Assembly: GCA_965242965.1 (NCBI GenBank)
Contig: OZ251518.1
Coordinates: 3,104,001 to 3,168,000 of the forward strand
Reading direction: 5' to 3'
DNA: 64,000 bases
Source: Candidatus Poribacteria bacterium
Lineage (GTDB): Bacteria > Poribacteria > WGA-4E > WGA-3G
Position 1 is the stretch's first letter. Each line of letters opens with the position of its first letter. Below the pieces are notes generated by a model. It made no database searches. It had not been told where the DNA came from and saw only the letters and a list, made by a program, of their open reading frames with translations. Position numbers and translations under genes: made by a program. Below are positions 41,300 through 51,053 of this stretch, in pieces.

Positions 41300-41552
41300 T
41301 GTTAAATACCTCCGTTTTATGAGCAGGATTTACACGATTATACAAGATTTACCAAGATTACCATTCTGTATTCAAACTTTGCTTGTGGCGGGCCACAGGC
41401 GGTTGAATACGAACCTATAAATAGGATATCATCTTTTCTAGCGTTTGTCAAGAAAAAAAATGGATAGCGCGCGGTTTTTCCTTGACACCTCAATTCAGAA
41501 TAGGGTATCATAAGAAGTTGGGAAGACTCTCCAAGAATGAGGTGATTTTATC

Positions 41553-42158
41553 ATGGCATATAACAGTTGGACCTTGGATACAGTGCAGGAAACATTTGAA
41601 CTCGAAGAGATTGATGCTCAAGGACTCTTTGCTGATATTGAACCGGTGACACCAAGCGCGCATCTGATAACAGCACTGGAACGAAAAACCGCCCTCGCCA
41701 TCGCTATCAGCACGGAAAAAGCGAAATCCGAACTCATTGTCGCCGATGTGCTGGTGGAACTCCGGGAACATTTTGAACGACGCATCAGCTTTTTCTCCGG
41801 GATTGAATTCAACGTTGATGCGGAAAACGAATTGAACGGAGTCTGTGATTTCGTCGTCAGTCTCTCGCCACGGCAATTTTCTTTGAAGGCACCTGTCATC
41901 GTCCTTGTTGAAGCCAAACGGGATAACCTTACCGAGGGGCTCGGGCAGTGTAGTGCCGAAATGGTAGCCGCGCAACGGTTTAACGCAAACGCCGGGAATG
42001 ACATCCCGTGCGTCTACGGCGCGACGACTTCGGGCACGGCGTGGCTCTTCCTGAAATTGGAGGGGCAGCGGCTCTCTATTGACATGAACGCTTATCATAT
42101 CGAGCGGTGCGATAGGATTCTCGGCATCCTTGCGAGTATGGTAGCCCAAAAGGCGTGA
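41553..42158 (+). CDS. PD-(D/E)XK-like hypothetical protein
   Basis: GVCDF...VLVEAKRDN (D...ExK); 201 aa, same length as 33614-34219. Own promoter TTGACA(41482)-18-TATCAT. Confidence 0.78.
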   Translation: MAYNSWTLDTVQETFELEEIDAQGLFADIEPVTPSAHLITALERKTALAIAISTEKAKSELIVADVLVELREHFERRISFFSGIEFNVDAENELNGVCDFVVSLSPRQFSLKAPVIVLVEAKRDNLTEGLGQCSAEMVAAQRFNANAGNDIPCVYGATTSGTAWLFLKLEGQRLSIDMNAYHIERCDRILGILASMVAQKA

Positions 42159-42225
42159 ACGGCATCATAAGCAATGAAAACCGCGCGGGCGATTCTGATG
42201 AATGGCCCGCGCTGTTTCGTTTGCG

Positions 42226-42873
42226 TTATGCGCGCCGGTCTTTTTCCGCTTCCGCTTCTTCAAGGCGTTGGCGGTATATCTCGGCACTTTCCCGATAGCT
42301 GTCGGCGCTGTGCCGGTAGGCTTCCGCGCTTTGTTGGTAGTCGTCAGCTCGGCGTTCGGCTTCCTCAGCTCGGCGTTCGGCTGCCTCGGCGCGGCGTATC
42401 GCTGCCTCAGCGCGCTGTTCTGCTGCCTCAGCGCGCTGTTCTGTCGCCCCAGCGCGCTGTTCTGTCGCCTCAGCGCGCTGTTCTGCAGCCCCAGCGAGCC
42501 GTATCGCTTCCGCAATGCTCTGTTCTTGCTCGTCGAGGCGCTGCCGGTATTCGGCATTCAGTTTTTTCACATCTAAATAATACATGATTCGCTCCAAAAT
42601 TTTACAGATAATCAGGATGAGGACCGGGAATCCAAATAGGAACTCCGACAGATGTGTCCAGATGGCTCCGGCGATGTCAACTGCTGGCGTGCCGGCTGTT
42701 ATCCCACTCCGCACCTTCATAATCACAACCCAAGCGGTATAGAAAGGTGAGACGAAGAGGAAAATCGCCACGGCGGGATTTAACCATCTTTTCGGTATGC
42801 CGCCGGGGAATGCGACGTATTCTTCGTCATCTTTTTCTTTCGCGTCTTCTCGTGCATCGCGTGCATTTTTCAT
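42226..42873 (-). CDS. 2-TM family protein with internal RBS/ATG (42585) and AEQRAEA heptad repeats
   Basis: VAFPGGIPKRW head, two TM helices, GGAG-6-ATG, then 21-nt repeats. Promoter TTGACA-18-TATCCT lies only 6 nt before ATG 42873. Confidence 0.72.
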   Translation of the reverse strand: MKNARDAREDAKEKDDEEYVAFPGGIPKRWLNPAVAIFLFVSPFYTAWVVIMKVRSGITAGTPAVDIAGAIWTHLSEFLFGFPVLILIICKILERIMYYLDVKKLNAEYRQRLDEQEQSIAEAIRLAGAAEQRAEATEQRAGATEQRAEAAEQRAEAAIRRAEAAERRAEEAERRADDYQQSAEAYRHSADSYRESAEIYRQRLEEAEAEKDRRA

Positions 42874-42934
42874 GGTGATAGGATACCATGTTTTGATATG
42901 AAATGTCAAGGGGAAAAATCGGAGATGTTTAGTT

Positions 42935-43430
42935 GTTTGTGTTCGGGAGCGGGGGCCCTGTCTGTAGTTTAGGAGCACCTGCTCCGAATCCGTTTCGGGA
43001 GCAGGCCTTGTCTGTAGTTTAGGAGCGCCTGCTCCGAATCCGTTTTGAGCACCTCCCCTCTGTAGTTTAGGAGCACCTGCTCCGGATCTGTTCGGGCACC
43101 TCCCCCCCTCTGTAGTTTAGGAGCGCCTGCTCCGGATCTGTTTGAGCACCTCCTCCCTCTGTAGTTTAGGAGCGCCTGCTCCGAATCCGTTCGGGAGCAG
43201 GCGCTCCCGAACTACAGGGCCTGGGGTGCGCAGTCCCGAACTCTAGGGCCGTAGCGCGGTGGCTCCGGATCCGTTCGGGAGCAGGTGCTCCCGAACTACA
43301 GTGCCCTGGGGTGCAAGCCCGCAATACAGTGCCTGGGGAATGCGCGCCCGCGATAGGCCTCCCTCTGTAGGTTCGGAGCACCTGCTCCGAATCCGTTTCG
43401 GGAGCAGGCGCTCCCGAACTACAGACAGAG
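42935..43430. repeat. REP cluster downstream of the RAYT gene
   Basis: Repeated tgtagttt/cgggagc(a/g)cctgctcc(c)ga palindromes in both orientations. Confidence 0.9.
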
Positions 43431-43498
43431 GCGAACCCCCGAATGACAGGACCTGGCAAGGCGCGCCTGAATGACAGCACCGAATTGGAGAACCGATG

Positions 43499-43963
43499 TC
43501 AAAATCCCATATCGAATTTGCAATACCAATACGGATACTCCTTCGCCGAGGCAACAAGACCTTTTCTTACCGGATTCTGATAGCAATAGCGGATAATCGT
43601 ATTTAATGCCGAATCATCACGGATGCCTTGCGCAAAATAGCGCGGCTGCCAAAAAGGACCACGGCGACCCAAACGTTCATTTATGTTCTTCGCTGTAAAA
43701 CTCTTGAGACGCTGCATCAGTTTCTCTAAAGGCAATTCGCTGCCTAATTGAATCACGGCGTGAAGGTGATCTGGCATGAGCATGAGACATTTCCAATTTA
43801 GATGTCCTTTGGATTCACGCCAGTTAAATGTATTGAGGATAACCGTCGCAGCCTGCGGGTTCGCCAGAATTGGGGCTCGGTCCCATGTTACGATGGTTAG
43901 GGCATAGTAGGTGCCAGGGACAGAACGGTGTTCGTTTTTGATTCGGTTTGAAGCGCGTTGCAT
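43499..43963 (-). CDS. REP-associated tyrosine transposase (RAYT/TnpA-REP)
   Basis: YYALTIVT..R, HUH MPDHLH, LKSFTA, FWQPRYF...IRD and RYCYQNPVRKGL..YPYW; flanked by GTAG REPs; GGAGG RBS. Confidence 0.9.
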   Translation of the reverse strand: MQRASNRIKNEHRSVPGTYYALTIVTWDRAPILANPQAATVILNTFNWRESKGHLNWKCLMLMPDHLHAVIQLGSELPLEKLMQRLKSFTAKNINERLGRRGPFWQPRYFAQGIRDDSALNTIIRYCYQNPVRKGLVASAKEYPYWYCKFDMGF

Positions 43964-44024
43964 GGAGGTTCCTCCAATATTTTTTGTCGTTCGGGATGTC
44001 CCGAACCCGGTGGGGCCATTATTT

Positions 44025-44520
44025 TGTAGTTCGGGAGCACCTGCTCCCGTTGGTGTTCGGAGCGGGCGCTCCGAACCTACAGACGATAGGGGCCTAATCC
44101 CCCAGGTTTGTAGTTCGGGAGCACCTGCTCCCGAACGGATTCGGCGATGGATGCCCGTTCCCGCGCGTGTTCGGAGCAGGCGCTCCGAACCTACAGAGGA
44201 GGAGGTGGCCAATCCCCCAGACCCTGTAGTGCCGATCCCCCCAGGTTTGTAGTTTGGGAGCGCCTGCTCCCGATACAAAAAAAAGAAGAGTAGTTCGGGA
44301 GCGCCCGCTCCCGAACGGTTCAGGAGCAGGTGCTCCTGAACTACAGATGACGGGCCCCATCCCATCGGTGTTCGGAGCAGGCGCTCCGAACCTACGGACG
44401 ATGACGATGGGAATGCCCAATCCCGATACGACCCCCAGGCCCTGTAGTTCGGGAGCACCCGCTCCCGATACAAAAAAAGAAGAGTAGGCCCTGTAGTTCG
44501 GGAGCGCCCGCTCCCGATAA
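44025..44520. repeat. REP cluster upstream of the RAYT gene
   Basis: About 10 copies of gtagttcgggagcacctgctcccg or its inverse. Confidence 0.9.
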
Positions 44521-44533
44521 TAAAAAAAAAGAA

Positions 44534-44565
44534 GAGGGCGGGCAATTTAAAAAATTGCCCACCCT
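44534..44565 (-). terminator. Hairpin terminator downstream of the large secreted protein gene
   Basis: gaggg(c/t)gggcaattt...aaattgccc stem followed on the minus strand by a T-run. Confidence 0.65.
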
Positions 44566-44597
44566 CAAGCGTTAGATGAGACCCCCCTGAGGGAGAC

Positions 44598-47500
44598 CTA
44601 CTCACGTGATTTCAAATCCCCCCACGTCGTCGTCGCTTTACCCGCAGCACCAATATAACCGCGTAAACGCGTGGTCCGCAAAGTGCGATGATCACCCGCT
44701 AAGGAGACATCTTCGATTTGATAGAAATACAGGACGTTCGGCTTCGCACTGGTGTCCGTCCACGTATACGCGGTCTTCTCACCCGTAGTACCAGCACCCG
44801 GAATTAACTGCGCATTGATACGCACAAACTCACCCGTCCGAGACTGACTCCGCAGAATGTTAAACCCTGCATTGTCTAACTCTGACTCCGTCGACCACGT
44901 GATGACAACCGCACCCGAATCGTTACGCTTCGAGTAGAAACTCGATAACTGAACAGGCAGCGGACCGCCTGCACGATAACCCGGCGTGCCGAGATCGTCT
45001 TCATCGCCGTAGTAGAGATCGTTGATATCAACTTTCTGCAGTCCATCAACTATTGCTGCGGAAATCCAGGCATCCTCTACCGTGCCGTCACTGAAGGAAC
45101 CTTCACGGCGAATCATGGAAGCACGTCCGCCTTCTTCAAGGTTACCACCCGGCAAGACCCAATCAGGATCGTCGTTGGTGCGCTTGTTACCGTCAGTGTT
45201 ACCCACCTCATCAACGACCTTATCTTTCGGGTCAGAAATGCTGAGGTAGAACCCTATGGAACTCAGCACGGCATCGCGCCGACTTGACATATCCAGCTCT
45301 GTCTTGTGATTATTCCAGAGGTTGTAAACTCGGGAAGCTGGGAAGTGCTCGCCTTTAGACGTACTCCCATGCGTCGACACAATCAGAACCGTCTGATTCG
45401 GGTGAACCTGAATCTTCTTCAGTTTGAGCGTGGCGTTAGTCGCCGTGCGCAAATCCTCATCGGGAGATTTAGTGTTCTGGATTTCCAGTGTCCAGTTCTC
45501 CAGATTCACTGTCTGCGTCATGGACGGGTTAAACAACTCGATCCACTGCGGCACGCGGCCATTGCCTGAGCCGAACATGATCTCGCTGATAACCACCGGA
45601 TTCGCATTCGTCAGACCGTCGGATTTCACCTCGCCCTGAACGGCGTTGTTCGGATAACCCGGTGTGCCGCTATTGAGGGTGTCTGCGCTCCGCTTATAAC
45701 CAGGTCCTTTCACGTCAGTCGTTTTCCACTCCTCGTGGTGGAAGAGTCCCTTGCCGAAATCACGGACCCAGGATTTGCCATCGTCTTTCTTCAAATCGTT
45801 GAGCGCGTCGGCATGAACCGGTTTCCTCGTCGATCTGAGCGGCCACACTTCCGTGGCACTCGCGGTATTCGCCACAAACTGATTGCCCGCGATATCCGCA
45901 ATCTTCTCATGCGAACCGAGTTTGGGCTCGGTGCGGAGAACCAGCATGAATTTGTCGTCAGGTATATTCAACTTATCTGTCTGATAATACCGGACAGACG
46001 AACCACCCCTGTTGCCTTTGTCTTCGCCATTCGGGTCATTAACGTCTGCACCCTCAGCGATGTTCGTTGAACTCGGATCGGTGTTGACGACTAACAGGTA
46101 GCCTTTGCCAGGGATGACAACGTCCTCATCACTCGCGAACTGGAACAACTTCTCATCCTTGCCATTATCGCCGACTTTGCTCAACTCATACTTGTTGATT
46201 GTGACATCGGAGCTGCCACGGTTGTGAAGTTCGATCCAGTCATTCGTAGCCCCACTACGGTTGGCAATCTCGTTGAAGACGATACCGCCGCGGTTGACTG
46301 TGGTCTTCCCAATAATCGCGAGAGGCTTCTCACCCGGTGTCCCTTTGCGCGTGCCGCTCAGGTTCCTACGTGAGGTGGAGGCTTCCCAACTACTATCTAA
46401 GGTCCCGTCGGGAACACCGTTCAACTGCTCCTTCCGGTTGTCCACACCGTTCGTATCGGTTAGGCCTGTGCCGCCTTTGTGATCAATTTTCTCAACTTTG
46501 TTGTAATCAATCTTACGCCGCATTGAGACGAGATCTCTCAGCGTCCCCGCGACACCAGGACTAAGCTTCGTTCTGCCACTCTGACCGTATTTGCCGCCTG
46601 AGGTATCAGAGATAGTCCAGTGAGACTGGCCTAACTGCCGATTGCTAAACCTATCGCTAACATTAGCAGCAGAAGTAGCACCGGAGATGAACTCAATTGT
46701 CCAATCCAAATCACCCGTGTCAATGATGCCGTCGGCAGTACCACGCGTGGTTTTGGTATTGTAGAGTTCAATCCACTGACTCATTGTCGGATCCGACAAG
46801 CCGTTATCGCTACCCCACATTACCTCACTGATAACCAGGTCTTCCGCTGTTGTTCCAGACGGACCGATTAAATCAATGGTGCCACCATCGTAAGCCAAGA
46901 AGTCTCTGATGTCTTGCCACAGGTCGTCGCGAATATCAACAACCGGGTAGTTAGTTCCAGAGACACCGTTCATGGCAGCATCTGCAGACTTCGCAATCAC
47001 CACAAAACGCGAACCATCATCAGCACTCGGCGTGATTTTGGGAAGTTTAAACGTAAATCCTTTTTTACCCCCGGTAAGTTCCCCCCCAATGCCTGTTGTT
47101 TGCTCGGAGGGATCTGGTGTAACCGGTGCCGTGAAACCAGTCAGAATGTCTCTACTGGATGTCACTGCATTGCCGTTACCAGCAGCATCCTCCACGGCAT
47201 TCGCCGCCACGGTGATAACCACCTTTTCGGCACCCGCATTCGGCGTGACGGTCGCTATGTAGGATTTGAAATCCTCAGGATTCGCTTTAAAGCCGGTGAT
47301 AGACGCATTAGAAGCCGTAACTTCATCCTCGGCCAATTCGTCATCGCCGAAGGCATCCCTATTAAGGGTTGGGTGTGTCGCATCATCCCCCGATCCCATC
47401 TGGTCGGTAAAGGTGAATTTTGCCGTAAAACCTACACCAACTGGCTGGTTGCCTTCCGGAACCTCAATGACTGCCACCGGCAAAACGGTATCAACCATAA

Positions 47501-48443
47501 CCTCTACCGCACCGTCTGCAAGTTCATCGTCGGTTTTAGTTGCCGAAATTGCAGCGTTGGATTTACCGCCAGCATCAGTAACGACTCCTGCCTTTACCCC
47601 TATAACTACCGACGAAGCACTAGCCTTAATGAGTGTGGCAACCGTATACTTGGACATGAGAGGAGATCCAGTGGACAATGCAGCAGATGTTTCGACCTCT
47701 GTAACCGTGCCAACATCCGTAACGCTTCCTCCAACAATATCAACAAGATCAGAACCATCATTCATGAACGTTGGTTCGGTCTTAAAGTCGGCATTATCGT
47801 AAATTGTGAAAGTCACCTCAAAAGGAGCACTACCTGCCTCTTCCGGGGCCGTAATTGTCACTACCGGTACCGGATTGTAGGTGTTATAGTGCACTATATG
47901 AGAAGTTCCAGATGCCGGCTGATCCGCCGCTGTATTCCAAGCATCTCCAGCAGCATCCTCAAATGCACCGGCGGGCGTGCTACCAGTAGTACCTCTAACA
48001 ACTAATGTTATAGTACCTGTTCCGTTCGCAGGAACTGTCACACCCACTGTAAACCACGTATTCGTTGTGGAAGGACCTGCATCAGCAATCGGCATTGGAG
48101 TTAACGTGATGCCTGCCGCCGCTACCTCACCGGTTGCAGTTGTCGCGGCCGGACTGCCATCAGTAATGGTAACCTTAAGATCTGCGGCATCAAATTTCTC
48201 GCTCGCCGTGGCACTAGCCACGTTTAGAGCCGTGTTAAACTTAATGATGAACAGATTCTTGGCACCGCCTGTGGTCAACGCCGTACCGGTACCTGCTCCA
48301 GTGGGTGTCATTGTGACCCGCTCTATCGAGCTAACGGTAGGCACAGTAGCCTGCACGTCCTCCACTGGCACCGCGAGGAATGCGATTCCTGCGATCAGCA
48401 GTAAGACGAAGAAACTCGGTAAGGAAAGTAATTTCCTTTCCAT
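44598..48443 (-). CDS. Large secreted Ig-like / lamin-tail-domain surface protein with a Poribacteria-type C-terminal motif
   Basis: Signal peptide, Ig-like DAAGN repeats, three LTD-like VISE(V/I)M / VFNEI...WIEL.N...GTPG units and the C-terminus PLPVQLSSF...NAGFNI...TWGDLKSRE. Confidence 0.85.
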   Translation of the reverse strand: MERKLLSLPSFFVLLLIAGIAFLAVPVEDVQATVPTVSSIERVTMTPTGAGTGTALTTGGAKNLFIIKFNTALNVASATASEKFDAADLKVTITDGSPAATTATGEVAAAGITLTPMPIADAGPSTTNTWFTVGVTVPANGTGTITLVVRGTTGSTPAGAFEDAAGDAWNTAADQPASGTSHIVHYNTYNPVPVVTITAPEEAGSAPFEVTFTIYDNADFKTEPTFMNDGSDLVDIVGGSVTDVGTVTEVETSAALSTGSPLMSKYTVATLIKASASSVVIGVKAGVVTDAGGKSNAAISATKTDDELADGAVEVMVDTVLPVAVIEVPEGNQPVGVGFTAKFTFTDQMGSGDDATHPTLNRDAFGDDELAEDEVTASNASITGFKANPEDFKSYIATVTPNAGAEKVVITVAANAVEDAAGNGNAVTSSRDILTGFTAPVTPDPSEQTTGIGGELTGGKKGFTFKLPKITPSADDGSRFVVIAKSADAAMNGVSGTNYPVVDIRDDLWQDIRDFLAYDGGTIDLIGPSGTTAEDLVISEVMWGSDNGLSDPTMSQWIELYNTKTTRGTADGIIDTGDLDWTIEFISGATSAANVSDRFSNRQLGQSHWTISDTSGGKYGQSGRTKLSPGVAGTLRDLVSMRRKIDYNKVEKIDHKGGTGLTDTNGVDNRKEQLNGVPDGTLDSSWEASTSRRNLSGTRKGTPGEKPLAIIGKTTVNRGGIVFNEIANRSGATNDWIELHNRGSSDVTINKYELSKVGDNGKDEKLFQFASDEDVVIPGKGYLLVVNTDPSSTNIAEGADVNDPNGEDKGNRGGSSVRYYQTDKLNIPDDKFMLVLRTEPKLGSHEKIADIAGNQFVANTASATEVWPLRSTRKPVHADALNDLKKDDGKSWVRDFGKGLFHHEEWKTTDVKGPGYKRSADTLNSGTPGYPNNAVQGEVKSDGLTNANPVVISEIMFGSGNGRVPQWIELFNPSMTQTVNLENWTLEIQNTKSPDEDLRTATNATLKLKKIQVHPNQTVLIVSTHGSTSKGEHFPASRVYNLWNNHKTELDMSSRRDAVLSSIGFYLSISDPKDKVVDEVGNTDGNKRTNDDPDWVLPGGNLEEGGRASMIRREGSFSDGTVEDAWISAAIVDGLQKVDINDLYYGDEDDLGTPGYRAGGPLPVQLSSFYSKRNDSGAVVITWSTESELDNAGFNILRSQSRTGEFVRINAQLIPGAGTTGEKTAYTWTDTSAKPNVLYFYQIEDVSLAGDHRTLRTTRLRGYIGAAGKATTTWGDLKSRE

Positions 48444-48634
48444 TTAAATTTACCTCCGTAAAGAGTATAAAAAACTAGAATCAATCATTATCATTGGGTA
48501 TCCGCCGTTCTCCTAACGCTTTGAGTTCGGTTTCTCCCAACGATCCTCAGGGAATTAGAAGAGTTTGCGTTTTTTGGCTTTCGCCGTGTTGCGTTTTCTT
48601 CTAATTGGCTAGAGAGCATTATTCGTTTCACGTT

Positions 48635-49210
48635 TTGTGCAAGAGCAGGTGCTCTTGCTCTACGGGTCGGGTATTTCCCCGTTTGGGGTGTTCCCCGTTC
48701 TGTAGTTCGGGAGCACCTGCTCCCGATTCGGGGTCTTATTTCCCCTCTGTAGTTCGGGAGCGCCTGCTCCCGATATGCAAGAGCAGGCGCTCTTGCTCTA
48801 CGGATGGGGTGTCATTCCCCTCTGTAGTTCGGGGTCTTATTTCCCCTCTGTAGTTCGGGAGCGCCTGCTCCCGATTGCAAGAGCAGGCGCTCTTGCTCTA
48901 CGGATGGGGTGTCATTCCCCTCTTGCTCTACGGGTCGGGTATTTCCCCGTTTGGGGTGTTTCCCTCTCTGTAGTTCGGGAGCGCCTGCTCCCGATTTCGT
49001 GAATCGAAATTCATGTTCTCTAGGGTAAACATCATCTAGAGCGTCAATCGCTCTAGTTGTCATCTAACTTATCCTAACTTCCGTTTTGATTTTCGTTCGA
49101 TCTGTAGGTAAAGAGCGCCTGCTCTTTACATCTTCGGGATCAGGCGATCCCGAACTACAGATGTGATGCCGTTCGTTCCGTTTCGGGCTCAGGCGATCCC
49201 GCACTACGTT
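48635..49210. repeat. REP clusters in the leader of the large protein gene
   Basis: gtagttcgggagcgcctgctcccga alternating with gcaagagcaggcgctcttgctctac. Confidence 0.85.
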
Positions 49211-49537
49211 TGGGTTGCGCCGATTCCGTTTCGGGAATGGATACATCCATCTAAACGGGGTTAGGTCATTTAGGTTTGGATTGCGCGTTCGTGTGTCCGG
49301 TTGCTACGTGATAGAGTAGCCGTTGACACGGGTTAGTTCCGCTTTTGTTTTCGTTAGCGGCGATAAGTTGCGCGTTTCCGCACCATGATATTAAGTTGTC
49401 AACACACTCTAAAACGTGAGATATGAAAAGTCGGTTACAAAAAAAGTTCTGTAAAATCCGATTTTTCGTCATTTTTTTCACAAATTTTAGAGATTGGGTG
49501 GATTTTTGCGTCAAAAGTCGCGTTTTTCCACCGTGTT

Positions 49538-49815
49538 ATGGTTAATTATACCACAAAAAGTGTTGGATGTCAAATTTTTTGTGAAAAAAACTTGCATCGT
49601 TGGTTAATTTATCACAATTTGCGTTTTTTTGTCAAGAATTTTATCAGAAAAAATTATTATTCTCGAAAAAAGTTAAATTTTCGTAGATTTTGGTTAATCT
49701 GATTGCGCTTGACGAGTTAATTATACCATAAAAAGTGTTGGATGTCAAATTTTTTTTAGAAAATTTGCATCATGTTGGTTAATTTATCATATTTTGCGTT
49801 TTTTTGTCAAGAAAA
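49538..49815 (-). promoter_or_regulatory. Tandemly duplicated AT-rich multi-promoter region
   Basis: gttaattatacca(c/t)aaaaagtgttggatgtcaaatttttt at about 49541 and 49715, each reading TTGACA-17-TATAAT on the minus strand, plus a second TTGACA-led unit per copy. Confidence 0.7.
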
Positions 49816-49836
49816 AATGATAAAAAAATAATTTGA

Positions 49837-50622
49837 AGCAGGATTTGGAGCAGGATTTTCACGATTTTCCAAGATTTCGCAAGATATGAGCAGGATTGAG
49901 CAGGATTTGAAGCAGGATTTTCAAGAGAAGACAAGATTTCGCACGATTAGGTCTCTGATGCGCCGGATACCATTTTGGCAGGCCACGGGATATTCGGTGC
50001 ATCAGACCCCCAAAATCGTGGTAAATCGTGATAATCGTGCAAATCCGGAGCAGGATTTCCAGGATTTCGCACGATTTCGCAAGATTAGGTCTTTGGTGCG
50101 CCGGCGCGGTTTTGGCCTGTCCCCGCGGTGTTGGTGCACCAGAATCTATAATCTTGGTAATCTTGTATAATCGTGATAATCCTGCTCCGGATTTCCAAGA
50201 TTGTCAGGATTAGGTCTTTGAGGCACCCGCACCGTTTTGGCACACCACGGGGTATTCGGTGCACCAGACCCTATAATCTTGCTAATCCGGAGCAGGATTT
50301 TCAAGAGAAGACAAGATTTTCAGGATTAGGTTTCTGGTGCACCGGATACCATTTTGGCAGGCCACGGGATATTTGATGCATCAGACCCTACAATCTTGCT
50401 AATCTTGCGAAATCTTGTAAATCCTGCTTCAAATTGTGTTAATCCGGAGCAGGATTTTCACGATTTCCAGGATTTCACAGGATTTAGGTTTCTGATATAC
50501 CGACACCGCCGTGGCGTGCCAAAACCGCGCCGGTGCCTCAAAGACCTAATCTTGCGAAATCTTGTATAATCTTGTAAATCCTGCTTCAAATCGTGTATAA
50601 TCTTGTAAATCCTGCTCCTGCT
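49837..50622. repeat. Large nested inverted-repeat region of 9-bp-period caggattt/aaatcctg units
   Basis: Left arms gaagcaggattt..., right arms aatcttgtaaatcctgcttc, and recurring ttaggt(c/t)tct..tgc(a/g)ccgg...ccaaaa cores. Confidence 0.8.
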
Positions 50623-50623
50623 C

Positions 50624-50995
50624 CTACCTCCGCGGCCTGAAGATGCGTTTAACCTCCAGACTGTCGCCCCCGAAATTGATAAGCAATCCGAGGTCCAGAT
50701 CATAGGCGTGCAGATAATTTTTCGCCTGCACGATGTGCGCATTTTCTAGGGCGAGGACTGCCTTCAGTTCGACAACGATGCGATTGTCGACGATAAAATC
50801 GGCGCGTCGAGTGCCGACTTTATTACCTTTATAGTAGATAGGCTGTTCCACTTCGCGTCCGAATGGGAGTCCTTTGACCCCCAATTCGATTTCGAGGCAT
50901 CGTTGATAGATAACCTCCTGAAATCCTGCGCCGAGTTGTCGGTGGATTTCCATGGCACATCCGATAATTTCGTGGGTAATCGGGTCCTTCTTCAT
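50624..50995 (-). CDS. GxxExxY protein (PD-(D/E)XK fold)
   Basis: LGAGFQEVIYQ, RADFIV..IVVELKA, QAKNYL, GLLINFG. Confidence 0.92.
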   Translation of the reverse strand: MKKDPITHEIIGCAMEIHRQLGAGFQEVIYQRCLEIELGVKGLPFGREVEQPIYYKGNKVGTRRADFIVDNRIVVELKAVLALENAHIVQAKNYLHAYDLDLGLLINFGGDSLEVKRIFRPRR

Positions 50996-51053
50996 TTCAG
51001 ATTCCTCTGATCTAGTTGTTTGGGCACGGGATAGCCCTAGTCTCGATTTTTCC

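Noticed and set aside
43964-44605. Long N-terminal extension of the RAYT ORF (368 aa)
   Set aside because: Translated REP DNA; the real start is probably ATG 43963 with GGAGG.
48481-48600. c-di-GMP riboswitch-like GCGAAAGC...ACGCAAA segment in the leader
   Set aside because: Only fragments of the consensus match, and the stems could not be built by eye.
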